Shown here one piece after another: positions 1 to 8,564 of a stretch of 64,000 nt of DNA. The position numbers were made by a program, and so were the translations under genes. Under the pieces are notes generated by a model, which was not told where the DNA came from, searched no databases, and was given only the letters and a program-made list of their open reading frames with translations. Source of the DNA: Candidatus Aerophobetes bacterium Ae_b3b (GTDB taxonomy: Bacteria > Aerophobota > Aerophobia > Aerophobales > AE-B3A); assembly GCA_005223085.1 (NCBI GenBank), contig NJBP01000001.1, forward strand, positions 12,895-76,894. The letters run 5' to 3'. Position 1 is the first letter of the stretch; every line of letters starts with the position of its first letter.

Positions 1-847
1 GAGTGACGGCCTCGGCAAAGCTACCTTCTGCTTCGTAGATGTTGCCTAAAAGAAAATGGGAAAGGGGACTTTTTGGGTCTATTTTCAATGCCTCTTTCAC
101 ATCGGTAGCTGCTTTATCGAATTTTCCTCCTTGAAAGTAGACCATTCCCCGAGCATTATAAAAATCTATTTTATGGGGATACGAACTCTCACCTTTCTTG
201 AAGTAATGGGCAGCTTTTTCTACGGTTTTTTTGTCTTGGTAGAGAATCCCTAGCATGAGGTAAGTATAACCATCTTCAGGATTAAGTTTCAAGGCTTTCT
301 CATAGGCCTGGATAGCATCATCTATTCTTCCTTCCCCATAGAGCTTACTACCTTCTTCTTGATAAATTGTAGCCGGCTGGGGTTTTGGAAAGACCTTCAC
401 CATGACGATATAAGCAGCTACCAGGATACCGACAGCAATTCCTCCTCTCACAGCCAACCTTCTAATGCGTAAAGATCTTCTCTTTCTTATTAGCTCATCC
501 AGATACCACCACCAGTGAGAACGGGGAATTTTTCTTTCTTCTCGGTAGGGTAGGGGAGCAATAGAGCTGGTTAGACTTCTGAATATAGGCTTTGGTTTAT
601 CTTTTATGATCTGATCAAGGCTATCAAGTCTTGATTTTTCTACCGAAAGATCGGTTCCCCTTCTCTTTAACCTACCGGAAAGCATTTCGATCTCGTCCCT
701 TAAAATTAGAATTTTCAGGATGTCTTTGGAAAACTCATCAATATTAAGCAGATACTTTTTGTACTGCTCAACCATCTCTCTTAGATCAGTCAAGGTCATC
801 TTTTTGTCGGTTATTCGGTTTTCTTTAGTTATTTGACCTTCACTCAT
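1..847 (-). CDS. TPR-repeat membrane-anchored protein (3' end runs off the window; not in the ORF track)
   Basis: My translation of the minus strand from ATG 847..845 gives MSEGQITKENRITDKKMTLTDLREMVEQYKK... A hydrophobic segment GIAVGILVAAYIVMV is followed by TPR-like repeats (GRIDDAIQAYEKALKLNPEDGYTYLMLGILY; YNARGMVYFQGGKFDKAATDVKEALKIDPKS). The frame stays open to position 2. ATGA overlap with the stop of 844..1257. Confidence 0.7.
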   Translation of the reverse strand, partial: MSEGQITKENRITDKKMTLTDLREMVEQYKKYLLNIDEFSKDILKILILRDEIEMLSGRLKRRGTDLSVEKSRLDSLDQIIKDKPKPIFRSLTSSIAPLPYREERKIPRSHWWWYLDELIRKRRSLRIRRLAVRGGIAVGILVAAYIVMVKVFPKPQPATIYQEEGSKLYGEGRIDDAIQAYEKALKLNPEDGYTYLMLGILYQDKKTVEKAAHYFKKGESSYPHKIDFYNARGMVYFQGGKFDKAATDVKEALKIDPKSPLSHFLLGNIYEAEGSFAEAVT

Positions 848-1257
848 TGTGGTTTAGACAGCCTTTTTCCAAAATCCCTGGCTTCTGATAGCTTCTTGAT
901 ACTCTGAAAAGCAATGACAATCGAGCCCTTTTCCTCCAATAATTTCATAATTCTCTTCAGGGCTTTACTCACGCCAAATAGTTTGGGAATAACGAAGACA
1001 GCTATTTTTTTACCCTCCAGGCCGGAACATTTCTTAAGATAAGAGGCAAGTGGTTCAGAAAATTTGCCTCCCCAAGAGCCAAGAACAGGGCTGCCCACAT
1101 AGACGAGATCGTAGATAAATAGACTCTCTGCCCGGGCCGATTTTTCTGCCTTCACTTGGTGTACTTCATGTCCCATAGCTTGGATACTTGAGGAGAGAGC
1201 CTGGACGACGGCTTCCATACCTTTTGATTCACCTGAATATATTATGATCGTTCGCAA
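844..1257 (-). CDS. flavodoxin-like fold protein (degenerate FMN loop)
   Basis: 137 aa with a TTG start. Alternating beta-alpha pattern: MRTIIIYSGES..., YDLVYVGSPV, GKKIAVFV. The canonical T/S-x-T-G-x-T FMN loop is not evident. It starts 2 nt after the stop of the activase fusion. Confidence 0.5.
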   Translation of the reverse strand: MRTIIIYSGESKGMEAVVQALSSSIQAMGHEVHQVKAEKSARAESLFIYDLVYVGSPVLGSWGGKFSEPLASYLKKCSGLEGKKIAVFVIPKLFGVSKALKRIMKLLEEKGSIVIAFQSIKKLSEARDFGKRLSKPQ

Positions 1258-1259
1258 GA

Positions 1260-4200
1260 TTACCTCCCTATTTTTGCAAGATGATTCCCTGGCTTCTTAA
1301 ATTTATGATGAGCTTCCACCTGGGAAACAAAAGTCCTAATTTTGTTCAAATAATTAGCCTGGTGAGAGCCGTCGTAGGAGAGATTAAGAATAGGAAAGTT
1401 AGCATAGTCTTTTTCTATTTGGGTACTCAGAGCCCAGGTTATATTTCCTGGCATACAAGTAAAGGGCATTACGTTAACTACTCCATCTCTTTCTCTTTTT
1501 ATGGAATGTAGGGTTTTCCCTACCGTTAGAATAGCTTCTCCTCTCAAAGACCTATTCAGGTATTTTTCCCCTAACTGGAGGATTTCCTCGATATGTGGCT
1601 CCTCAAATCCTTTTATTATATCTTTGAAAGGCTCTTCCAGCCTTTTTTCTATTATTTCCTGAAATAGGTTTTTTATTCTATTGATAATAAATCCTATTAG
1701 ATTTTTTTCTTTCCAAATGAGCTCTTTATGCATCTGGTTTGTATACATAAACCATTCTCTCATCGAAGCAAGCTCTACTTTTACTCCCAATCTTTCTAAC
1801 TCATTTATGATAAATATATTGCTATAAGGATTATGTCTTACATATATCTCTCCTACGATAGTTACCACTGGTTTATCTCTATTCTCCGTTTTTACCTTTC
1901 CCAAAGCATTCGCTGCTTCCTGCATTAGATTCTTGAGACCTCTTCCCTGGCTGATTAGCTTGCAGATTCTATTTCTATATTTTAGATATAATCTATCCGT
2001 CTCTCCTTTGTTTACTTCATCTGCTCTTATCAATCTTTGAGCTTTGCGCAGTATATCTATAGCAGCAATTCCTTCCCAGGCAAGTTTGGTAAATTTTACT
2101 CCGTAACCACCATAGCTATTCTCTGAGTCAAGGGAAATAATAGGGATATCACTATAACCTAATCTTTTTAAGACTTGTTCTTGAAAGGTGCGGTACTGAC
2201 CAAATCGACAGGGTCCCTGGGCTGTACCCATAAAGAAAGCTATTTTTTTTGCCTTGGCACCATTTTCATTTATTACCTTAAGCATATCTCCCGTGGTGAG
2301 GATACAAGGATAGCATTCTCTACCCGTGGTATATTTTTGCCCCTCCCGCAGGGATTCCAGATCACTTATAGGCATAACTTCCGCCATTTTTCCCAGAGCC
2401 TCCAGGGCAGCTTTAAGGGCATAGGAGTGATCATCCATATAAGGAATATAGATAGTTCTTTCTTCATCTTTTAGGATGGAAAGCGTAGATTTTCTAGAAA
2501 TCTTTCTTTGATCAATCTTCCTATTTTGAATACTATCGAGAAAAGCTTCCAGTCGGGTTATAATACCAGCTTCAGCACTGTGTTCGTCAACCTGGAGTTC
2601 CAGAAAAGGTCTATCCATCTCCTCAGTGAAATCTTTGGAGATAAAAGAATCTGGCCCACAACCAAAATTGGTAATATAGATAGGATAGAGATTGTCCGTT
2701 TCCTTTATTCGCCTGGCAGCGGCAAGAATTCTTTGGCCATATCCCCAGTACATATTAGGATAATCTTCGGAGATTAGAGAAGGGTCTAAATCCAGAAAGT
2801 CTATAGGGATGGCTAACATTTCCAGTTCTCTCATTTTTTCCACTATATCTAGATTAAGTCCGGGATCGCAGCCGTTATAGGGTCGGGAAATGACTACAAA
2901 GCCTTTTTGTCCTCCTAGATTATTTAATACCTCTCTACCTTTCTTTTTTAAATCCTCACTAAACTGATATTGCTTTTTTTGAGCTACTTGAATAGCTTTT
3001 TTAATTCTAGAAGTATCCTCACTTAGAAGACTACCCACTTTTCTTAATGCTTTATCTATACCTTCTCCGAAAGATATCTTTGGTTCCAGAAATTTGACAG
3101 AGTAATTTTCTCTTTTGATAGTTGCATTAATAAAGTAGGGAAGACTTTGAGACCAGGGACAGTTGTAGGTTCTTTTTAATCGAGAGTCTCTTTCTTCAAA
3201 ATCAATTATGCTGGGCAAGAATATATAATCTAATTTTTTTTCTAAGAGGTTCAAGACATGCCCATGAGCTACTTTCAGGGGAAAGCAGGTTTCGGTAACT
3301 ACTATTTCTATTCCTTTATGAATGGTGGTGTCGTTAGTTCTATCTGATAAGATTACCTTATAACCGAGCTCAGTGAAAAAGCTTTCCCACAAGGGGAAAA
3401 ATTCGTAAGTGTGAAGGGCACGCGGTATTCCAATCTTCTTTCCCTTTACTTTTCTTTTTTCTCTACCAAAAAGAAGTTTATCCCTTTCTTTAAATAAATT
3501 GGGAATTCCCTTGGTCTTTTTTCTTCCTTCCTTGCCGCTATATTTGTCACATCTATCTCCATAAGTTAAGGGTTTTTCTTTTCCCTCAATCCAGACCTGA
3601 TTTACCTTGCAATGATTAGGACAATCTTGACATTCAAAGGAATCCATTCGGTAAGTGGCCTCGCTCAAGGCAAATCCTTTGAACTTGCTTTTACCTTTTG
3701 TCTCTTCCATAGCTACAATAGCTGCTCCAATGGCACCTAGAACCTCATTATGGGGTGGAACAGTTATTTCTTTTTCTAGTATCTTTTTAAAAGCAGCTAC
3801 CACAGATTTATTGCAGGCTGTTCCTCCTTGAAAAAAGATATTATTTCCTATTTTTCTATTCTCTACCACTTTATTTAAATAGTTATAGGCTACCGAGTAA
3901 GCTAATCCGCCTACCAAATCGGGAACAGGGAATCCTCTTTGGAGGTGCTCAAATAGAGCTGACTCCATAAATACAGTGCATCTATCTCCCAAGTCAGCCG
4001 GGCTATCACTGGAGAAGGCTATCTGTTCAAACTCTTTTTTGATATTTATTTCCAATTTCTCAGCCTGTTCTTCCAAAAAAGAACCTGTTCCTGCTGCACA
4101 GGCTTTATTCATGGTAAAGTCTACAATTACTCCCTTTTCCAGGCTGATGAACTTGGAGTCCTGACCCCCGACCTCGAAAACTGTATCTACATCCGGGTCT

Positions 4201-5417
4201 ACATTCAAAGCTCCCCTGGCCTGGGCAGTGATTTCGTTCTTAATTACATCTGCTCCTACAAAGGCGCCAATCATATATCTACCTGAGCCGGTGACCCCAA
4301 CTCCCCTGATGCGAACCTTTCCCTCTACTTTGTTTTTAACTTCTCTTAGACCGTCTTGCACTACTTTAATGGGTTTTCCCGCTGTGGGCAGGTAGCTCTT
4401 AGCTAAAAGATGCCTTTTTTCGTCTATTACCACCACATTTGTACTTACCGAGCCGATGTCGATTGCTAGATAAGCATCTATTAATTGACCATCTTTTAGT
4501 AGTTCACGATTTTCTTTTAGCGAAGATACCTCTTTTTCCCTATGGTCCAAGGAAAGTTTAGGCAAAGCTTCCTTTTCCTGGATGAGGGAGATTTCTTTTT
4601 CTAAATTACTCTTATCAAATGGTTTCAGCTCCGTTTTTTCCCTTAAAGCTAAAGCTGCTCCCAGGGCTCCTATGGAATAGTAGTGTTTAGGAACAGTTAT
4701 ATCTTTCCTTTTTAAAACTTTCTTAAACGCTAGTAACATAGCCTCATTGGCAGCTACACCCCCCTGAAAGGAAATAGGACCGCTAAGGTCTTTACCCCGG
4801 GCGATGTTACTTTTATAACTTCTTGCCAGAGCCTCACATAATCCCATAGTTATGTCTGGATTGGGAGTTGCTTTCTGCTGCAGATGAATCATATCTGTTT
4901 TAGCGAAGACAGCACATCTAGCAGCAAGGCGAGCAGGATTAGTTGATTTCAAAGCCTCCTCGGCAAATTCCCCCTCAATATTCAGCTCCAGTCTTTTGGC
5001 CTGTTGATCTAGAAAGGATCCAGTGCCAGAAGCACAGCTTGAGTTCATACCAAAATTCTTGACTTCTCCTCTTTCGTTTATCTCGATAAACTTAGCATCA
5101 CATCCTCCAATATCAATGACTGTTCTTATCTCAGGATGAAGGTGGTGGATCCCCTTAGCCTGAACTATTATCTCTTCCAGATAGGGTAGATTCCATTTTT
5201 TGCTTAGATACTCTCCGTTAGAACCGGTGATAGCTATATATTGAAAAGAATATTTTTTGACTATTTTCTTTACGATTTCCCTGGCTACCTCTAGAGGCTT
5301 ACCATTATGACGCTGGTAATCTTCCTGGTGAACAATTTCTCCCTTTTTATCTATGAGGATTGCATTTACGCTGATAGAGCCTAGATCGAGTCCCAGAAAA
5401 TACTCATCCTTGTTCAT
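1260..5417 (-). CDS. giant fusion of two BcrAD/BadFG/HgdC-type ATPase (activase) modules with a 2-hydroxyacyl-CoA-dehydratase-like C-terminal region
   Basis: 1385 aa. Two actin-fold activase modules are present (LGLDLGSISVNAIL...SSCASGTGSFLDQQA...RCAVFAKTDMIHLQQ and YLAIDIGSVSTNVVV...KACAAGTGSFLEEQA...RCTVFMESALFEH). A long C-terminal part resembles the DUF2229/HgdB-type architecture. Confidence 0.8.
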   Translation of the reverse strand: MNKDEYFLGLDLGSISVNAILIDKKGEIVHQEDYQRHNGKPLEVAREIVKKIVKKYSFQYIAITGSNGEYLSKKWNLPYLEEIIVQAKGIHHLHPEIRTVIDIGGCDAKFIEINERGEVKNFGMNSSCASGTGSFLDQQAKRLELNIEGEFAEEALKSTNPARLAARCAVFAKTDMIHLQQKATPNPDITMGLCEALARSYKSNIARGKDLSGPISFQGGVAANEAMLLAFKKVLKRKDITVPKHYYSIGALGAALALREKTELKPFDKSNLEKEISLIQEKEALPKLSLDHREKEVSSLKENRELLKDGQLIDAYLAIDIGSVSTNVVVIDEKRHLLAKSYLPTAGKPIKVVQDGLREVKNKVEGKVRIRGVGVTGSGRYMIGAFVGADVIKNEITAQARGALNVDPDVDTVFEVGGQDSKFISLEKGVIVDFTMNKACAAGTGSFLEEQAEKLEINIKKEFEQIAFSSDSPADLGDRCTVFMESALFEHLQRGFPVPDLVGGLAYSVAYNYLNKVVENRKIGNNIFFQGGTACNKSVVAAFKKILEKEITVPPHNEVLGAIGAAIVAMEETKGKSKFKGFALSEATYRMDSFECQDCPNHCKVNQVWIEGKEKPLTYGDRCDKYSGKEGRKKTKGIPNLFKERDKLLFGREKRKVKGKKIGIPRALHTYEFFPLWESFFTELGYKVILSDRTNDTTIHKGIEIVVTETCFPLKVAHGHVLNLLEKKLDYIFLPSIIDFEERDSRLKRTYNCPWSQSLPYFINATIKRENYSVKFLEPKISFGEGIDKALRKVGSLLSEDTSRIKKAIQVAQKKQYQFSEDLKKKGREVLNNLGGQKGFVVISRPYNGCDPGLNLDIVEKMRELEMLAIPIDFLDLDPSLISEDYPNMYWGYGQRILAAARRIKETDNLYPIYITNFGCGPDSFISKDFTEEMDRPFLELQVDEHSAEAGIITRLEAFLDSIQNRKIDQRKISRKSTLSILKDEERTIYIPYMDDHSYALKAALEALGKMAEVMPISDLESLREGQKYTTGRECYPCILTTGDMLKVINENGAKAKKIAFFMGTAQGPCRFGQYRTFQEQVLKRLGYSDIPIISLDSENSYGGYGVKFTKLAWEGIAAIDILRKAQRLIRADEVNKGETDRLYLKYRNRICKLISQGRGLKNLMQEAANALGKVKTENRDKPVVTIVGEIYVRHNPYSNIFIINELERLGVKVELASMREWFMYTNQMHKELIWKEKNLIGFIINRIKNLFQEIIEKRLEEPFKDIIKGFEEPHIEEILQLGEKYLNRSLRGEAILTVGKTLHSIKRERDGVVNVMPFTCMPGNITWALSTQIEKDYANFPILNLSYDGSHQANYLNKIRTFVSQVEAHHKFKKPGNHLAKIGR

Positions 5418-5513
5418 GGATTTTTCTTTTCCCTGAAATTGTTGTCTTGAGATATATTTTTTTCCCTTATCGGACCTGCCTCATAGCTTAGAAGTCCTAT
5501 TATTTATCCTCGA

Positions 5514-5541
5514 AATTTAGCATAAGAAAGTAGTATGTCAA
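5514..5541 (-). promoter_or_regulatory. candidate sigma70 promoter for the activase operon
   Basis: On the minus strand: TTGACA (5541..5536), 16-nt spacer, TAAATT (5519..5514). It lies about 95 nt upstream of the ATG at 5417. Confidence 0.4.
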
Positions 5542-5555
5542 GCACCTTGCTAGTT

Positions 5556-5697
5556 TTCTAGTAAGTATTCAGTGAACCCCGTCATTTTTGGTAGTCGCCG
5601 GTAGCCGCAGGCTTCAGCCTGCGCAAAATCCTAGCCTGCACACCCTAAAGGGTGCGGCTACCCTGAAAATTCAATGTGACACGGCGTTTACTGAGCA
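5556..5697 (+). repeat. intergenic structured repeat, family A, copy 1 (MITE/REP-like with imperfect terminal inverted repeats)
   Basis: 38 nt (gtaagtattcagtgaaccccgtcatttttggtagtcgc) and 57 nt (caccctaaagggtgcggctaccctgaaaattcaatgtgacacggcgtttactgagca) are identical to the reverse complement of 21144..21260. The internal part is variable and hairpin-rich. Confidence 0.85.
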
Positions 5698-5744
5698 ACT
5701 ACGTTTTCGGAGACGTGTATTTCATAGTCTTCAACTTGGATGGT

Positions 5745-6338
5745 TTACCTGAATGTGAAGATGGAGGTACGTTCGATAAGGTTTTTGTTTAATTCAATAG
5801 TTCTTCCGGGGGACCCAGTTGTTGAGTCTAGTGAAGAAATGATGAGTTCAACTGGGTATCTATTTTTCTTGATTTGGAATAAGTAACTTCCTGTTCTTTT
5901 TTCTTCCGGGTATACGCTGAAGAGGAAGGGTCTTGGAATCTCCGAAGCTCGGTGCTCAGGATATACATAGTTTTTCTCATCTTTTAGGAATACTTGGGGG
6001 TGGCAGCTCTTTACATCGGTGCCAACATTCTCAAACGTTAGGTTTATCAGAGTAAATGCATAACCTTTTCTTGGCTTTATTGATAAACTATCTTTAATCA
6101 ATTCTTTTGATATCTTTATGAAATTGATCCTCAAGGCGAAGTCGCCAATTTTTATGAGTTGGGTTGAGTGATCAATTCCTCCATTAGTCGGAAGATTCTC
6201 CCTGGAGCCGGGAGAGGAAAAATAAAACAGAGTAAGCGGAAGGAGGCTAAAAATGACGAAAAAGATGATAGGGATAAGCAATATCTGAAGGACTGTTCTG
6301 CTGCGCCAGGAAAAGGATCTTTTTTTAAAAGAAGGCAT
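5745..6338 (-). CDS. N-terminally membrane-anchored extracytoplasmic protein (possibly DUF4352-like beta-sandwich)
   Basis: 197 aa. TM segment LQILLIPIIFFVIFSLLPLTLFYF, then a beta-rich region (GYAFTLINLTFENVGTD...). Last gene of the rSAM operon. Confidence 0.45.
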   Translation of the reverse strand: MPSFKKRSFSWRSRTVLQILLIPIIFFVIFSLLPLTLFYFSSPGSRENLPTNGGIDHSTQLIKIGDFALRINFIKISKELIKDSLSIKPRKGYAFTLINLTFENVGTDVKSCHPQVFLKDEKNYVYPEHRASEIPRPFLFSVYPEEKRTGSYLFQIKKNRYPVELIISSLDSTTGSPGRTIELNKNLIERTSIFTFR

Positions 6339-6343
6339 CTTGT

Positions 6344-6826
6344 TTAGAGTTTATATCCTGTATTTCTTAAAAACTTTTTGCGCGCCTTAACATCGGCTTC
6401 TCTTTCAACTCCTTTTGAGTGAAATCCATCGATAACTCCCATGACTCCTCGACCTTGTTTTGTCTCGGCTATCACTACTTCGACTGGATTTGCAGTGGCG
6501 CAGAATATGGAGCAGACCTCAGGGCAATCTTTAATTGAGTTAAGTACATTAATGGGAAATGCTTTTTTTAATAGCACCACGAAAGTGTGTCCAGCTCCCA
6601 TAGCACTGGCGTTCTTGACGGCTACAGATCTTAGCTCTTCATCATTTCCTTCTGCTCTTACCAAACAGGGACCCGAGGCTTCACAGAAGGCAAGACCAAA
6701 CTTTACTTCTGGAACCGAGCTTACCACGGCCTCATAAAGATCTTCTGTTGTCTTGATGAAGTGAGTTTGCCCGATAATGATGTTGGCATCGGCAGGAACT
6801 TCCATCTTAACTATCTTTAACTCCAT
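6344..6826 (-). CDS. PF04008 'adenosine-specific kinase' family protein
   Basis: MELKIVKMEVP..NIIIGQTHFIKTTEDLYEAVVSSVPEVKFGLAFCEASGPCLVR...AGHTFVVLL..AFPINVLN..PEVCSIFCATANPVEVV..GRGVMGVIDG matches the family as I remember it. I prefer ATG 6826 because GAGGAGG lies 7 nt upstream of it, over the track's TTG at 6841. Confidence 0.75.
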   Translation of the reverse strand: MELKIVKMEVPADANIIIGQTHFIKTTEDLYEAVVSSVPEVKFGLAFCEASGPCLVRAEGNDEELRSVAVKNASAMGAGHTFVVLLKKAFPINVLNSIKDCPEVCSIFCATANPVEVVIAETKQGRGVMGVIDGFHSKGVEREADVKARKKFLRNTGYKL

Positions 6827-6837
6827 ACTCAACCTCC

Positions 6838-8151
6838 TCAACCCATTTTCTTCAGAGGGGACGACCGATGTTTTCGTAATGACTGGTCTTTTCCGGCCAT
6901 TTCCACCTTGGCGGAAAGATTCAAAGCGAGGCTATAAAAAGGATTAGCATACCTGCAGGATTCAAGCCATCGCCTCGTAATGCAAGAAAGAGAGTAAACC
7001 TGGTTTATGACCCATCTATGGCCTTCCTGCAGCTCGTCTTCCGTCATCAGTTTGGGACGAAACATTACATGAGTCCCATCTCCGTGAGACCAATTAGTAT
7101 CAAGAATTCTTTCCTCAAGGAGGAGTCTTTGATAGAGTCTGGTCTTGGGAATGGGGGTAAGAATAAAAAATATGGGTCGGTCGATTAGACTTTTCTCAAT
7201 AAACTCTACCGTTCGGGGGAAAATAGAGACATCATCCTTATCAAATCCAAACATGAAGTATCCAATTATGGTGATTCCCTGACCATGTATCTTCTTGATG
7301 ATTTCTTGGTATCTTTTCACCTTGTTGAAGCTCTTATTTACTCCGTTCAAACTTTTCTGGGACACGGACTCAAACCCCAACCCCATCCGTATACATCCAC
7401 TTTGAGCAGCCAGTTTTAAGAGCTGGGTGTCATTTACTCTGGCTAAAGAGAAATTGCCAAACCACTTCTTCCGCAGAGGGATTAACTTCTTGAATAAATT
7501 TTTGGCATAATCCGGGTTTCCTACCAGGTTGTCATCAGCAAAAGCGAGGTGATCTTTCTTCAGAGTTTTTATTTCTTTTATTACATCTTCAATCGGTCTT
7601 AAACGATAACTCCTGCCGAAAAGAGTAGGCATGTAACAAAAATCGCAATTAAAAGGGCAGCCTCGACTGGTTTCGACCATCTCGATAGTGGTAAATCCCT
7701 TACATTTCACCAGATTCCTTCGAGGAAGAGGAAGGTCTTCCATCTTCACAGAAGTTTTTGATTGGTAGAATTTCTTTAGCGAGCCTTTTTGAAAATCTTG
7801 AAGTAAATCCTTCCAAACCAGCTCTGCTTCTCCGATTACTACACTATCTGCGTGACGGATAGCTTCCTCGGGAAGAATGGAAGCATGGGGTCCTCCCATT
7901 ACCACAAATTTACTTCTTTTCCTGAACTCATCAGCCATTCTATAGGCCCTGTGTGCATCAGCGGTTAGAAAGGTGAGACCGATAAGATCAGCGTCACTTT
8001 CATAATCTATCGACTCTGTTCTCTCATCAGTTATTTTAACCTCAATGCTCGAAGGAGTCAGAGCAGCTAGAATTGGTAAAGTTAAGGTTCGCAGAAATAG
8101 TTGCCAGGCTCGGGTCCTCTTATGAGTAACTCTCACCAGCTCAATTCTCAT
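6838..8151 (-). CDS. B12-binding-domain (class B) radical SAM protein
   Basis: 437 aa. N-terminal Rossmann-like B12 domain (DLIGLTFLTADAHRAY...VVMGGPHAS), then TSRGCPFNCDFCY, which is the CxxxCxxC motif. Confidence 0.8.
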   Translation of the reverse strand: MRIELVRVTHKRTRAWQLFLRTLTLPILAALTPSSIEVKITDERTESIDYESDADLIGLTFLTADAHRAYRMADEFRKRSKFVVMGGPHASILPEEAIRHADSVVIGEAELVWKDLLQDFQKGSLKKFYQSKTSVKMEDLPLPRRNLVKCKGFTTIEMVETSRGCPFNCDFCYMPTLFGRSYRLRPIEDVIKEIKTLKKDHLAFADDNLVGNPDYAKNLFKKLIPLRKKWFGNFSLARVNDTQLLKLAAQSGCIRMGLGFESVSQKSLNGVNKSFNKVKRYQEIIKKIHGQGITIIGYFMFGFDKDDVSIFPRTVEFIEKSLIDRPIFFILTPIPKTRLYQRLLLEERILDTNWSHGDGTHVMFRPKLMTEDELQEGHRWVINQVYSLSCITRRWLESCRYANPFYSLALNLSAKVEMAGKDQSLRKHRSSPLKKMG

Positions 8152-8360
8152 TTGATAAACTGCTCCTTTTCTTTCTATATTTTTCTTCGAGAAATTCCTT
8201 TCTCTCTTCTGCCGGCAGTTCTAGGCTGAGGAATTCGGCGTAATGATCTTCTTTTAAATATCTTCTTTTGGTTGAGTTTTCTTAAGGGGAATCTGCTTTT
8301 ATAGACCTTGTAGGCCACAGTCTTCCTCAATAAAATTTTCTATGGGTTAAGTGATCTATT

Positions 8361-8552
8361 TCAGGCTGCTTCAGTGGCAAGGATAGCTATAAACTTAGCC
8401 AGATCTAGAAGGTCACTAATCCTGACATTTATTCTGTCGTAGTTAAGACCAGGAGGTGTGGGAGTAGGAATCTGGACCAGACTTTGAAGTAATCTTATGA
8501 TTTCGCCCTGCTTTTCATCCACTGCCCCATTGATTCTCTCCACTACTGACAT
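8361..8552 (-). pseudogene. probable N-terminal fragment of an M20 (ArgE/DapE-type) peptidase
   Basis: 63-aa ORF. GEIIRLLQSLVQIPTPTPPGLNYD resembles the conserved M20 N-terminus. Similarity then ends, and about 210 nt without an ORF follow. Confidence 0.35.
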
Positions 8553-8564
8553 GGTATTATCCCC

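Noticed and set aside
8152-8290. A protein-like frame ..RRYLKEDHYAEFLSLELPAEERKEFLEEKYRKKRSSLSNEN overlapping the rSAM start on the minus strand.
   Set aside because: The frame has no ATG/GTG/TTG after the preceding in-frame stop, so it cannot be called a gene. It may be a relic.
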